NCBI RefSeq assembly: GCF_026210795.1
Contig: NC_089434.1
Coordinates: 806,001 to 870,000 of the forward strand
Reading direction: 5' to 3'
DNA length: 64,000 bases
Origin: Rhizophagus irregularis
Lineage: Eukaryota
In this document: piece by piece, positions 41,315 to 55,009 of the stretch
Layout: every line of letters begins with the position of its first letter
Numbering within the stretch: the stretch's first letter is position 1
The notes under the pieces: generated by a model
The model's input: the letters and a program-made list of their open reading frames with translations, nothing else
What the model was told of the DNA's origin: nothing
Databases searched by the model: none
Made by a program: the position numbers and the translations under genes

Positions 41315-41920
41315 CTTCCACCTGTTACACAAATATGTTTACACTGGTTTTGACAATTACAATAAGATCCATCATATAGATATATTTTGGATGAATTTGA
41401 TTGATGTTTAACAATACAATATCCATACATAGAATCTATAATATCAATCATATTATTTCTGCAATTCGTGCTTTAAATTCACAAGATTTGATTGCATTAA
41501 ATTTCTATCAAAAAAGAAATAAAAATTAATATAAAAATAGATTATTTAAAAGCAATAAAAAACTTGCTGATTAGTTTAATTGTGAAATCTAATAGTAATA
41601 AAATCAGAGATCCTTTTGTTTTTTTTTTCATGTAAAATTTCCACTTTAATATCTAAGAATTAAATGATTAATTTAATAAATTATATAATTATAAAAATAA
41701 TGAGTTATTACGTTGTTACCCTAGTCACGTGTAAAGTTATATCTTACTACGCCAAAAGATGATGTGGAAAATTAAGATCTACTGTACCCAACTGTGCCAA
41801 GCAGACCTAGCCGCAGCCAACTTAGCCTATTATTTTTATTATATTAATTATATTTAATATAAATGATATAATTATTTTATTTATTATATTTAATTTATTT
41901 ATTATATTTATTATATTAAT

Positions 41921-42219
41921 TAGGAAATAAAATTTGTGCACACCCGTGCATGTGCAATTTTTATATAGTAAATTTGTCAATCATTAATTATCACGTGACT
42001 TTAGTAAAATCCTGATTTTTATAAATATTCATGCCGCAACTCTTACGTACATATTATAGAGTCTTAATAATTTATTTATTATGCGTATTTTTGCCTATTC
42101 TACAACTTTACTTAATGAGCCATGAACTGTGAAGGGTTTAGAATGTCATTTTTGACTTTTATATATAATATATCCATGGGGTGCGCACATGCGCAGGTGC
42201 GCACAAATTTTAAACCCTA
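41921..42219. mobile_element. TIR element in an AT microsatellite
   Basis: TAGG..TAAAATTTGTGCACACCCGTGCATGTGC pairs with GCACATGCGCAGGTGCGCACAAATTTTA..CCTA. TSD unclear. Confidence 0.6.
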
Positions 42220-42626
42220 TTAATTATATTTATTATATTAATTATATTTATTATATTAGTTATATTTATTATATCTATTATATTTATTATATCTTTATAT
42301 ATAGTAACTTTTATATAAATAATGTTGGTATTTTCCTTTGTTATAAGTTTAGCTCCTTTAGTTCTTATTAGTTCGCATTAGTTCTTATTCTTGTAATTAT
42401 AAAGTTCTATAATAAAGTATAACCTTTTACACAATAAATGAATTCTCTACTTTAAGTATGTCTAGTTTGATTGGATTTCAGTCATAGTTAAATGTACTTA
42501 ATCTTCCTGACTGCAAATCATAATTAATCTATTTAACATACCAAATCAATTAACAACATTTATTATTATACTTACAGAAAAAATCTTTCTATTAAATTGT
42601 TTGTTTTGTTAACCATCCAATCCGTC

Positions 42627-42848
42627 TAAGGTTGCTTGCCAAAACCTCTCCAAAATCCTGCAATAAATTTCGGCAAGATTTTACTATATGTTTACTATAG
42701 TTTCGGCAGGATTTTGGCAGTTTCGGCAAATGGGGGTTTCAGCATTTCGGCAAAGTTTCGGCAGGATTTTTAATATGATTTAATATAGTTTCAGCATTTT
42801 CCGTATAGGTTTTGGCAGTTATTAAGAAGGTTTCGGCAAGCAACTTTA
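42627..42848. mobile_element. hAT MITE (TAAGGTTGCTTGCC family), copy 2, inverted relative to 38876-39096
   Basis: Near-identical reverse complement of copy 1. TSD AATCCGTC/AACCCGTC. Confidence 0.9.
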
Positions 42849-43119
42849 AACCCGTCTATCTTTATCTTTATCACATTGCATTAAAAATAATTCTTGTAAA
42901 GATAAAGCTTCTATATCAATTAATTTACTATTATTTTTACTTTTGGACTTTCCAGCACATATATATACTAACTGAACATAACTTCAGGATTTTTAGTGAT
43001 GATCCAGGGACTTTTATGATCAACTGCGGAAGGGCCTTGATCATATAATTAACATACCAGAGTTTTCTGAGTTTTCTTAGTTTTTTTCACCAACAATTTC
43101 TCCACCAGTAGAATACAAC

Positions 43120-43883
43120 TAGTGTTCTAAAAGAGTTAGGTCAAATCTGGGTTATTGATCAACTTGTATTTAAGGATCAGGTTGGATAGGTCACATGATT
43201 TGATGACCTAATGACCTATAACCCATATGAACCTGTTGAGTCAGGTTATACCTTTACTTTGACCTGGCAATAAGGTTGCCTGCCAAAACTAAAAAGGAAA
43301 TTCTGAAAGGTTTCGGCCAATCAAATCAAATGCTGAAATTAGACCGAAACTCGACCTTAATTTTGGCCAAAATTAAAATTCGGCCGAAATTATGACATTA
43401 TGTCACATGACATTACACAAATCCCAAAAAGGGAATTTTGTTTGAAATAAGTTTCACGAGGTTATACAAAGTTCCAAAAAAAGAAATTTTGATGTCGATC
43501 ACTTTTCTGGCCAGAATTACGTCCTAAAAATGGCCAGAATTATACCAATAATTTCGGTCAAATTTCAGACTTTTGGCAATAATTTCGGCATTATAAATTT
43601 CAGCAAATTTATTTTTGATTGCCTAAACTTTTGGCTACAAAAAAGTTTCGGCCTTGGCCTAAATTACCTAATTTTGGCAAGCAACCTTACCTGGCAACCC
43701 AAGTCTTAACTAAAAATTTCAATTTTTTTATATTAAATACAATTTGATGGGTTGAATCCAGATTATCTGAGTCAGAATATAATAATTAGGTCAAGTCGAA
43801 TCTGAGTCATTACTTTTACACTCAGGTTGAGTTTGAATACACCTCAAAACCTGACCTGACTTATTGACCCTTTCAGAACACTA
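43120..43883. mobile_element. hAT MITE hosting a nested MITE
   Basis: TIR TAGTGTTCT.AAAG, perfect TSD AATACAAC. Confidence 0.85.
43271..43689. mobile_element. hAT MITE with TAAGGTTGC TIR but a different body
   Basis: TIR TAAGGTTGC.TGCCAAAA, perfect TSD CCTGGCAA. Confidence 0.9.
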
Positions 43884-45642
43884 AATACAACTATTATTCT
43901 GATATAGTTATATAGTTTGATAAGTATATAGTTTGATAAGTTTAAAGTACTTACAATCATTGACTCTGAATAGTAAAACATAGCTATTATTCTGATATAG
44001 TTATATAGTTTGATAAATATATAGTTTATTTAATAAGTATTAACAGTAAAACAAAGTATTTGTAATTTAACATATATACCCTGCCTTCGTACTTTTTTTT
44101 TCAAATTTTTTCATTCTTCATAAGAAAATTATGGATAGTCAATATAAAAGATATTTCAAAAAGAAATCCAAATATTGGTCTCTAACTGATTTTGACTCCT
44201 AGGTCTTAAATAATATAGAACACTGTCAGAAAAGTCTAATGTATCAGGTGTTTTATAAATATCTTAATAAGGTTTTACAAGATCAAACATCCTCAAAGTG
44301 AAAGTTAAAAGTAACTTATTTCAGAGGAGGAATCATGTATCTTTTCCAATTAAACTTACATTTGGCAGGAAATCACATCTTGGACTGGCTTATCCTGAAT
44401 GAAGGAATTTTTTCCTGGCCATTGCAACTTGCTTTGGATGAAGAAGGTTTCTTCTGGTCATGTCTTTAATTTTCTGACTTATCCTAGGTGAAGGAAGTAT
44501 TCTCCTGGCTGTTACTGACTTGCCCTGGATGAAGAAGTTTTTTTCCATGGATTTCTGGCCAGGCACTTACTGCTTTTATTACTTACTAATTACTATTTAT
44601 GTTACTCATATTTCTTTTTCCTAATTTTTAGGATGATCTGAAAGAAGCTAATAATTTGTGGAGAACGCCCGATGTGTTAAGGCAACTTAGTATATGCAAA
44701 AATAATAGTAATATTAAAGAAGAAGAGCAAGCTTTGGTCTCAAAATGTGAAAACTTGAATTGAGGGAATGAAAAGCCAAAGTTCGCTCTTTAGAACTTCA
44801 AAACATACAATTGGAAAATAAGCTCCAAGAACAATTGGAATGAAATCTCATGCTTTTTTTTCTATAATCTGACATAGCACAATTAAATATTTTTATAATT
44901 TTATATTTTTAAACTTGCTAAAAAAAACAAACTATTATTTGTACTTAGATGCAATTTTTTAAGATCAAATAATAGTCTTTAGCTAATCTATAATCAGTAA
45001 AAGATTAATGATCAAAAAAAATCTTGGGATTGAGATGTTGTTATAAAAAAATCATATATTTTTTTTTCAATTTAGGTAGAGGGCTAGAGGCTGCTTATCA
45101 TTTAGGCCGCTCCAAGCCAATTCTTTGTTTAACATAACATAGGGATCCCAATCTGGGAGGGGACAAAAAATATTACATAAAATACAATACATGGCCAGAA
45201 TTACCATTAATTTTAGCCAAAATTTTGACCAAAAGAGTGAGCAAAAATTTTGGATGATAATTCCGGCCAAGTTGTCTAATTCCGGCCTAAATTACATGTA
45301 TTTTTTTTTACATAAAAAATCCAAAAACGGGGGGTGGTTATGTCAACCCTATAAAAAATTTTTATCCGAATATTTCCATTATTTCTCCGTGTCTTCCGTA
45401 AAAATTCCGTGAAAATGATACATTCACGGATATCCGTGTTAGCGAGATGAAAATTTCCATGATTTAAGGCTATAAATTCCATGAAAATGATACATTCACG
45501 GAAAAAACATGGAAAGATAAAACACGGATCAGATTTTTTTACAGGGCAAACGAAAAATGGATTAGATTTCTTTTATTTAGTTATCTTTATTATATAGTAG
45601 AGGGACGATTTAAACTATTAGAATAATATTTTATATTACAAC

Positions 45643-47197
45643 ATGGCTTCAACAAGTGGTTTACAAAGAAAAAACGCTGGAGCTTTTAATTCATCACACG
45701 AAAATAATATACCAACAACACCAGATTGAAGTTATTCAGAGAGTGGTGTTAGGATTGCAGTTGATCCTAATGACATACTTGATGATGAAGATAAAAAACA
45801 ACCTATTTTAACACTTATGGAAGAAGTTCTCTTGCTAGGTTTAAAAGATAAACAGGTAAAATATTATTATTTCATTTATAATTTTTTTATTCGGTATTTT
45901 TTTTTCTTTCTCCCGACAATAAAAAAAAATGTGAAATTTTAATTCATAATTTGGATAATCTATCGTCGTTGAATAGTAATTATTAATTAGGTGAATAATT
46001 ATTTATCGAAAGAAGGATTAATTATCAACTGACATGGAGAATAGTAGCAGTTTGTTCTTTTAGTTTTTTTAAAATTTTTTTTTAAAAGATCGTTACATTT
46101 TAAAGACAATTTATTAAATATATGGGACGATTTATCATATTATCATTCATTTATTTAACAAAAGACGAATTTTGTAGAATCGGTATGATCGGTATAATTA
46201 ATAAAAAAAATGACAATTTTTTGAGGGAGAGGAAGGGAAGAAAGAATACGATTAGAAATTAGGGATTCGATTATAATTTTTTATTTATATCTTTACAAAT
46301 TATTTTTTTATGTAATATTTCTCTTTTCTATATAAATAATAATCTTGATCAGGGTTACCTCTCATTCTGGAATGACAATATTTTTTATACTTTAAGAGGG
46401 TGTATTCTTATGGAACTTGCGCTTCGTGGTCGAATAGCCATGACTAAAGATTCAAATCGTCGAAAATGTCCACTTTCAGATAGGATCATAGAGGTCCTTG
46501 AGGATAAGTTGACAGGAGAAGTATTATTAGATGAAGCATTAAAATTGATGAAAAATAGTGAACCTATGAGCGTTGGAAATTGGATTGATCTAATGAGTGG
46601 TGAGTTTGAATGTATACCAAAAAAAAGGAGAAATGATTTTTAAGAGAGGAATTATTTATTATTTGTTATTTGTTGAGAATTTAAAAATTTTTTTTCATTT
46701 AAATCCTTTTATTTAATTATTATTATTATTATTTTTCCTATCAATTATTATTTTAGTAGGAGAAACTTGGAATGTAATGAAGATTGGATATCAATTAAAA
46801 CAAGTACGGGAATGTTTAGCAAAAGGATTAGTAGATAAAGGGATTTTAAGAACCGAAAAAAGAAACTTTTTACTTTTTGATATGGCAACTCATCCTGTTA
46901 GTGATTCTTCGACAAAGGAAGAAATTGTTAATAGAGCTATTCACCTTTTGGTAGTTTACGTACTATATCAATGGTATGTGTTGCTTACGCCGCTAATGTA
47001 TTAGAAAATGCTTATTGCAGTTAAATCATGAATTAAGAGAAAAAGCATATACAAAAGTTGATGAATTATTAAGTGAATATTCTACTCATCCTTTTTCTAA
47101 AAAAGTTAAAGCTGATATTCCTGAAGGAAAAGAATTACAGGTTGAAGTAGTGTTCACCGTTTTAAATGTTTTTACAAAGATGGATAGTATTTTGTAG
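45643..47197 (+). pseudogene. VPS74: Golgi phosphoprotein 3 / Vps74 pseudogene (introns retained)
   Basis: [81 protein letters not shown]. In-frame TGA at 45727 and deletion/frameshifts at ~46950-47020. Confidence 0.9.
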
Positions 47198-48669
47198 AAA
47201 AAATGTATCATTAATTTATTTTATTATTATTTGGAAAGGAATAAGGTAAAATTTGTTTTGTAAAAAAAAAAAATCCTCACAAGAGTGCGTAATTCTTTTT
47301 GTTTGTTAAATCATTTTAATTATCATTATTTTCTTTATACGTTGGTTAAATTAGTTTAATTTTCTTTTCTTTTTTTTTATTAAAGAAAAAAAAATTTCTT
47401 AGGGTAGATGTAAAAAATTATGTTCACAATCTTAATATAGAAATTACAATATCATTAAAAAAAAGGGAATAATTTTAATAATTTGTGTTACAAATAGTTT
47501 ACAACTTCTTTAATTGCATCGTAACACTTTGTCATATCCGGAACATAAATATGATCTTATTTGGAACGTATCCCTTAGTAATAATTCTGACTATCGATAA
47601 AGGAATAGAGTGAACTTTCTAAGTATTTTCTTGGGAAGGTTCCTACTGTTTCACTTAATAATTAGCCTGAGCATTTGTATTTTTTTTCTTTAAACAATCT
47701 CGTAAGGCAGTTTAATTCTTTAAACAAAAAAAAAATTCACCCAAAACTCACCATCAATTTGTCTAACAGTATACTTAGTTTTTTTTAAGTCATCTTTTGA
47801 GTGGAAGTGGAAATTTTACAGAAATAATATAGAAAATAACTTTTTTCTGTAAATTTTTTCATCTTCATTCAATAGCTGTTTTTGAGATTAAAAAGAGGAA
47901 ACTCACAGCAAAAGAAAAGAGGCACCAAAAATTATACCTTCAATTCGCTATTATAACACCAAACCAACGAACCGGATACTGGTAATATGGTAGGATTTAT
48001 TGCTAACAGTGTAGCCACGCATCCAGGCGATGATGGCAAATTTTCTATCGTAAGATTCACCGCACTGAAGGATGGGAACTATGTCCTAGACGCGACATTT
48101 ACACATAACAGTTAGTTATTGTGCCTAAAAAAAAAGAGAAAGAAAAGGATGGTTAAAAAAAAGGAAATAAATCAACAACAAAAGAACACCTGAAACTCAC
48201 CTTCATACAACTGTATAAGAAAGATAAAGATTAAAAAAAAAAAGAAATCACGAGTGAAAAAGTAACTCACCAAAATCTACCGTCATTTAGGGGTGCAGAC
48301 ATTTGTTAGTGACGTACCGCCATATTGCGTTGCGTCGTTTGACGACGGCTTGACGTATCAAAATATAAATATTTTTAAAATAAATTCCATTTTCCTTTAT
48401 TGCGCTTACTACTCTTTTAATTAACAGTATATTTTTCTCCTTTGGCTGATCTATTTAAAACATTATTAACTAAATTATATCCATATTATTATCATTTGTT
48501 TCAATGAGTAAGACATTTCTGCTTTCTTATCGTTATGAAAACATACAAGCACATGTGTACAAAGCCTATAATTATAAGTATTTCATGTCAAAAGTTTGGA
48601 GTCTAAGGTACTTCAAATCAAGAGTTTAGTCAAAAGCTTATGTCAAGCCTAAGGTTAAAAGTAAAAAAG

Positions 48670-48966
48670 AAAAAGGGAACGTTAGTAACGTTCCCAAATT
48701 AAAAATAACGAAAAAAGAAACAAACGAATTACCCACCTACCTTGCAATTTCAAAGTCCAGGTTGGGTTCAAGGCCGCTCCTAAAAAGAGGAATTGTTAGT
48801 AACGTTCCAAATCAAAAAAAATAACAAAAAAAAACAAACAAATCACCCACCCATCTTGCAATTTCAAGTCCAGGTTGAAGTTCAAAGGCCATTAAAAAGG
48901 GAACGTTAGTAACGTTCCCAAGCCAACAAAAAAAAAATAATAATAAACAAACGAAATATCTACCTA
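48670..48966. repeat. Three ~110-bp units, each with the palindrome GAACGTTAGTAACGTTC
   Basis: Units start at ~48675, 48788 and 48898. Each is followed by an A tract and ACCCACCTACC-like sequence. Confidence 0.75.
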
Positions 48967-50029
48967 CCAACTACCAAGTCATTAACGAAGTCACATGGCA
49001 ATGTGACGCCATTGACGTTGACACAAAAAAGTTGACGTGACCATATCTGCACTTGGAAGGTTCTTTATGTACAATAAAAGAAAGAAAGAAGCAAGCTTAA
49101 AAAAAAAATAGAAAGGAAACGAAAAACATTTCACGAAACTAACCTATAGGCTTAAAAGTTTACTATAAAACATTTACATAGTCGTCTTGACACAATTCCT
49201 TCATAAATAAACGCTCACTTGCACAGTGACACGCCGGTCCTACTTGGCTCGGAAGCAAACAATTATGCTTCGGAAAAAAAAAATTTTGTAAAAAAAAAAA
49301 AAAAAAAAATTGAGGGGTTTTATATGAAATTTTAAAATTTTCTGTCGCACAGAGCGGAATTTCCTGGAAAAAATTTGAAAATTATATTTGAAATCAGTAG
49401 AACTGTTCTTGGGGACCGGCCCTTCAAAACCGGTTACTAAACCGGTCATGGAACCGGTCCTTAGAACAGTTGAATATAGCTTATCTAGCTGGTATGTTAA
49501 TTACCACCGGTGAGATTTAGCAATTTTCTTCTTTTTCTAATTATAATTTATTTTATTTTTTTTTTATATATATATTTAAATATAAAATGGTTGTTTATTT
49601 TTTTGCGCATAAACAATTTATTATTATTATATTTTAAGTAAAAAATAATTTTCATAAAAATTTTCGTTCCATCAATTGATCTATCGCCATTAAACGCTAT
49701 TTTCGGATTTATTAGACGCAGTAAACGTGATAATATGCATGAATATTCCTTTTAAAGCCCATTGATAGGAATCTATCTCCGACTTACTTCATTATGAAAG
49801 AAAGTATTGTTTAAATCTTATAAAATAAAATTTGATTATTTCTAAATCTAATTACACTATACTTTTTTGTTTTCATTTATGAGTTTCCAATACATTATAC
49901 ACATGTTTCAATTCATTTATATTATTGAATAAACAAATCAATTATAAAATAAATAATCCATCCACAAAAATTTTATGACCATATTTTTTTATTTGTATCG
50001 TCAACAAAAAAAAAAAAAAAAAAAAAAAA

Positions 50030-50773
50030 ATGCCTCGAGCTGATAAATCAATCTTTTGGCCATCTTCGGAACTAATTAAAGTACTTGAGTTTATTAATGA
50101 TAATTTTGATGAGTATTGTAAAAATCGTCGAAAAATTTGTAATGAGGCCGTAAAAGCTACAAACATTTGTCGAAATGGAAAATCGGTTTATAATAAACTT
50201 TTTAATTTAATTAGAAATATGATGATTTCTGAATTTAAAAGTAGTGAGCCAACTAGCAGATCCATCAAAGAGAATAAGGAAATTCGTAGATTAGTATCAG
50301 AACTTTATAATAAAACTAACGCTAAAGAAAAAAATAAAAAAGAAAATCAAAAAATAACAGAAGATCGTAAGAGTGATGATACTAAGATGAATTTAGAGTA
50401 TGTTGACTTTAAATTATTGATTTTTTTTTCATAAAACAAAAAAAGCTATTACTAATATAATATTTACATTTTTTTTGTCTTTAATTTTAGCGATGATAAA
50501 GTAACAATCGGAGCGTTTACTGGTCAAATGGATATGTTCTTTTCGATTGAGAATGTTAATGAATTTTGTGAAGAAAAAATACAAAATGTTAACCATTATG
50601 CGACAATATCGAAAGAGATAGTTGAATCTGGCCTTGAAATTAAACTCGAGGAAATTCTTCAACTTCTGTCTGAATGTGAAAAAACGATGAAGGATCGAGA
50701 TAGTAAGGTTAATAAATTACTTGAAGATTTAGAAAGTGTTGGGATGGACTGGGACCCTGATAATACACCATAA
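50030..50773 (+). CDS. Myb/SANT-like plus coiled-coil family, copy B
   Basis: Exons 50030-50397 and 50491-50773 (phase 2). FWPSSELIKVLEFI..RNGKSVYNKL; exon 2 FSIENVNEFCEEKIQ. Confidence 0.8.
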
Positions 50774-52002
50774 ATTTAACAAAATAAGTTTATAGTATGT
50801 CTCTAATCGATGATTGAATTAAAATTACGTTTAAATTAATAATTAATTAAAAAATTTCCAAGTTAGACTATTTGAACAACGTAAAATAAAGATTTCATTC
50901 TTTACCATCTCTAATTTACGTTGTAGCAAATATCATATGTAAAAGTTTGCGTTTTTAGACGCCAATAATAAAGTGAAGGTATTAACCCATGCAATTCATC
51001 AATCTACGTCACCTCAATTTTCTTTTTTTTCCTACCCTTGTTTTTTCCTTTTTTGATATATAACTTTTTTTGGTCATTCTTTTCTGTAATACGATAATTA
51101 TTTTACTGTAAAAGATGTTAAGGGTTTCTGTTTTACGCAAAAGTTATCTATTTATAACAGGTTTTTTAATGTAAGATGAATGTATTTGTTTAATAATGCG
51201 AGGAGAGAAAGATTTTTTAATTGTGAGATTATTTAAAAAATACGTCAAAAAAAAAATATATATTTATTTTAGTTGCATACTTGCATTCAAAGATGCATGA
51301 AAATCGATTCTTGGCTCCGAACCGATATTATTAATCACCGATTCGATCCTGTACCACTCAACCGAAAACCTTTTCTAATACAATGAAAAATTTCATTCGC
51401 GTGGTACCTTGATCACGTGTAATCATCACGTCCATCTTTTTAAAAATAAAAAAATAAATTAATAAAACTATTAAAGCTCCGGATCTGTTTCAACAAGTAG
51501 TGTCACAAGACTACGTGATTTAACCAATTCTTTTTTAATTATGGCTAGCAACAGCCCGTTGCTTCGCACCAGGATCAATATACTTAGCATGAATAAAAAT
51601 ATTAAATTTATCATTAATTTTAGTGATAAAATTATGACACATCAATAAAAAATGCAAACATTGATGATATGAACCTTAATCATTTCAGCGAAACGAAAAA
51701 TGATCGGCGATCAAATTATTTTGCCGTAATTTTGACGGGGACATGCTAACGTTACACATTTATTCGGGGTATCCAAATTCTTTAAATCCATAAAGTTCTT
51801 ATAAGGCGCAGCAATTGCAGCAATCACACGTAAACTATTCCACTTTCTGAATTTGATTCCTTCCTGTTTAATAATTTTGTAATGTAATAAAATAAATAGT
51901 CGTCCCATTTCATTTTTTTTCATTTTTTTTTAATTTTTTTTTTTAACAAAAGAAGAGAGAAAAAAGAAAAATTATATAATCGGATATTTTTGAAAAAGAT
52001 AA

Positions 52003-52678
52003 ATGCCACCAACAAAAAGGACAAGGGAGATATCTCAAGAATCATATGTGAAGTCCATAGGGCTTATCAGAGTCTTTATGTTTCTTAATAATAACATTAA
52101 TATGTGGAATGAAAATAATTATAATGCATGTGATGAAGCAAAAAAGCGTGCCGATGTTACTTGGGATGCTAAAATAACTTATAATATAGTTAAAACTTGT
52201 ATTGAAGCTATGAATGAATATAATGAAACAGGTAATAAGCCAAACACTTGCGACAGTATTATCTGGGATAATAAAAGACTTAATAGTTTGATAAGAGTGT
52301 TTTGTAATAAAATTGTGAAAGAAGAAAAACAAGGAACTATGAAAGATCGTAAGAATGACGGGGGTATTGAAAATATTTTAAGGTATGATGACTTTAAGTA
52401 TTATTGTTTTTTTTTAAAAAAAAATATTATTAGATAACTGATAAATATTTTTTTTTCCATTCGCTAGTCGACCCTTTTCGATTGCGGAGGCTAAGAATCT
52501 TTACAACGAAAAAATTAAAAATGTCAACTTTTATGCAGATAAAGGTAAAGAAATGATTGAAAATGGTCGTAAAAAACAAGTCGACGATATTACTAAAATT
52601 TGGTCCACACTTACAAAAACGTTTGAGGACGAATATAATAAGATTAATAAAATATTTGAAGAATTGAAAAAACTTTAA
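52003..52678 (+). CDS. Myb/SANT-like plus coiled-coil family, copy C
   Basis: Exons 52003-52382 and 52468-52678 (phase 2), open through to TAA. Confidence 0.8.
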
Positions 52679-52930
52679 TAATCGGCTGGAAGCTACATTA
52701 TAGTTTTGTAAACTTTTAAAAGCATAATGTCTTGAAATTTTATTATCAAAATTAAGTTTGTGATGTTATCTAAAATAGTTTAAATCTTAGACCTGACATT
52801 TAAAGTGTAGTTTAATGGGGAGGGAGCGTTGAGGCACCATTAAGTGCATGATGCAAGGGAATAAAAATTCAACGAACATTTTCAATAATTAGAGTTTTAA
52901 CGATATCTTTATTTTACGTTATATGTAATA

Positions 52931-53016
52931 ATTATTTCACGGAAACTGTGGATATCATTGATTTTCACGGCGCAGCCGTGAAATCATGATATTTCACAAT
53001 GACTTTGTGAAATAAT
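52931..53016. repeat. Foldback palindrome centred on CACGGC-GCA-GCCGTG
   Basis: ATTATTTCAC..GATTTTCACGGC pairs with GCCGTGAAATC..GTGAAATAAT. Confidence 0.75.
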
Positions 53017-54064
53017 TAATTTTTTTTAATAGCTTTTATGTATGACAACCAAAGGTATTAAGCTAGGAAACAGAAATACACCGTCGTACACTTTAATATA
53101 ACGTATGAGTCATCAATTGTATCAAAACATTAGACGATAAATAAACATATATAACTCCATTTGATTTTGTTGCACCAACCGCATTTCTCTGAAATTTAAA
53201 ATTTTTACATAAGCATACAGACTGGATAATTTTCGATCACGTGCTCGATGTATCTTTTTCAAACATGACGTAACTTAAAAGCTGTTTTGACACAATTATT
53301 TATTAATATTTATACGCATAATTAGACGAAATTAACAAGTTATAATATACATTTATCGCTGTTTTTATATTGGGGTGACCAAATTACCGGACAAGGGACG
53401 ATTACAAGACAAAATTTGACGAATGTTCGAATACCTATTCAAAAATTAATAGGGCAATATTAAATAATAAATAAATAATCCTGAATACTTTGTCGATCAT
53501 CACTTTTTCTTTTTTGCTTAATTGGGGATGATTAATTTCTTTTTTTATTATTTATTTTTAGTAAGCGCCATAAGGAGTTACATAATTTAACCAAAATTCT
53601 TTTTAATTAAAAGTCCCCCTTATAAAAACGAAATGAGTTAAATTTGTTTAATATTTGTGCTCATGTGTAATAAAATATCTAAAAAAGCACCATATTGTTT
53701 AATTTTTATTTTTTTGTAATAAGACATAAATTGTATAAAATGGTGCTTTTTTGGACGTCTTTTATACATGAACACAAATTTAACACATTTCATTTTATAG
53801 GGCCCTTTTAATGATTTAAAAGTTTTAATGTCATTTATAAGGCGCAAATAAATGCAGAAATCACGACGCTTTGCATTTCCTAAGGCGTAAACTTAAAAGC
53901 TTTTCCATTTTTGAACTTGATTGCTTCCTGATTTATAACTTGTAACACAAGTGGTCAGAGCATACAATTAAATAAATAGTATAGAAAAATTCAATCTCAC
54001 ATTTTTTAACAGGAAAAAAAAAATTGATTATTTATACTTTTTATCTATATTTTTGAAAAATTAA

Positions 54065-54466
54065 ATGCTACCAATAAGAAATTCAAGTGAAATGTCTCAA
54101 GAAGGTCATGGAAGTGACGGTGACGTTGAAATGGGTTTAAAGTATGTTGATATTAAATCATATTCTTTTTTTTAAAAAAAATAAATGAGTTAAAATAAAA
54201 GATTTAATTTTAGCACTGATCAAGTAACAACTGAAGTATTCACTGGTCGAACAGACAAGACATATTCAATTGAGGAGATTAATAAAATTTGCAACGAAAA
54301 AGCTCAAGAAGCCAAAACTGCTGCGGAAAAGACGATAGAAATGATTGAAGCAGATCGTAAAAAGAAATTAGAAAAAATTAGTCAACTTCGGACCGAACTT
54401 ACTAATACAATTAATGATGCAAATATCAAGATTAATAAAATATACGAAGATTTGAAAAAAATTTAG
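54065..54466 (+). CDS. Family copy D: 109-aa short form lacking the Myb-like domain
   Basis: Exons 54065-54141 (77 nt) and 54214-54466. MLPIRNSSEMSQEGHGSDGDVEMGLN-TDQVTTEVFTGRTDKTYSIEEINKICNEK...LKKI*. Absent from the ORF track. Confidence 0.8.
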
Positions 54467-55009
54467 CGATTGTCAGGAATTTATATTATTATTTTATAGA
54501 CTGAAAGCATAATATTTTGAAATTTATTTTAGTTCATATAGATTTATTTGAGTTAGTAATTAAGTTTAAATAAAAATTAATTTAAATTCTTTATTTCTTT
54601 TCTTTTAATCTCTAAAGTTTAGACCTTTAATAAAATGAAGTTTTTATTTTATGCTGTAATTAAGTGGGAAAAAATTCTTAACCTATTTAATATCTATGAG
54701 CTGGTTCTTTTTCCGTGATTTGCACTATCTCTTTTTATTTAAGATCAACCAAAACTGTGATTCCAATTTTGACAATTTAGTAATAGCCATCTTACCTCAT
54801 CTTGCATCTAAATTTTGATTGGTTCCAAATTCAAAAGTAATCGGTAAATTAAAATTCCTTTATTTCTATTTATTTATTTATTCCACCTCCCATTTCTGAC
54901 AAAAGAAAAAAAGAAAATTTTTTTTTTGAAGTCAGTTACTTTTATTTCTTCCACCTCCCATTTCTAACAAAAAGAAAAAGAAAAAATTTTTTTTTTTTAC
55001 TTCACATTA

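Noticed and set aside
42189..42371. Tyr/Ile-rich ORF
   Set aside because: Translation of a TTATATTA microsatellite.
44130..44850. Decayed coding-like region with ~45-bp repeats
   Set aside because: Stops in all frames and no assignable family.
48670..48966. Palindromic repeats as a CRISPR array
   Set aside because: Only three units, the spacers are homologous to each other, and there are no cas genes.
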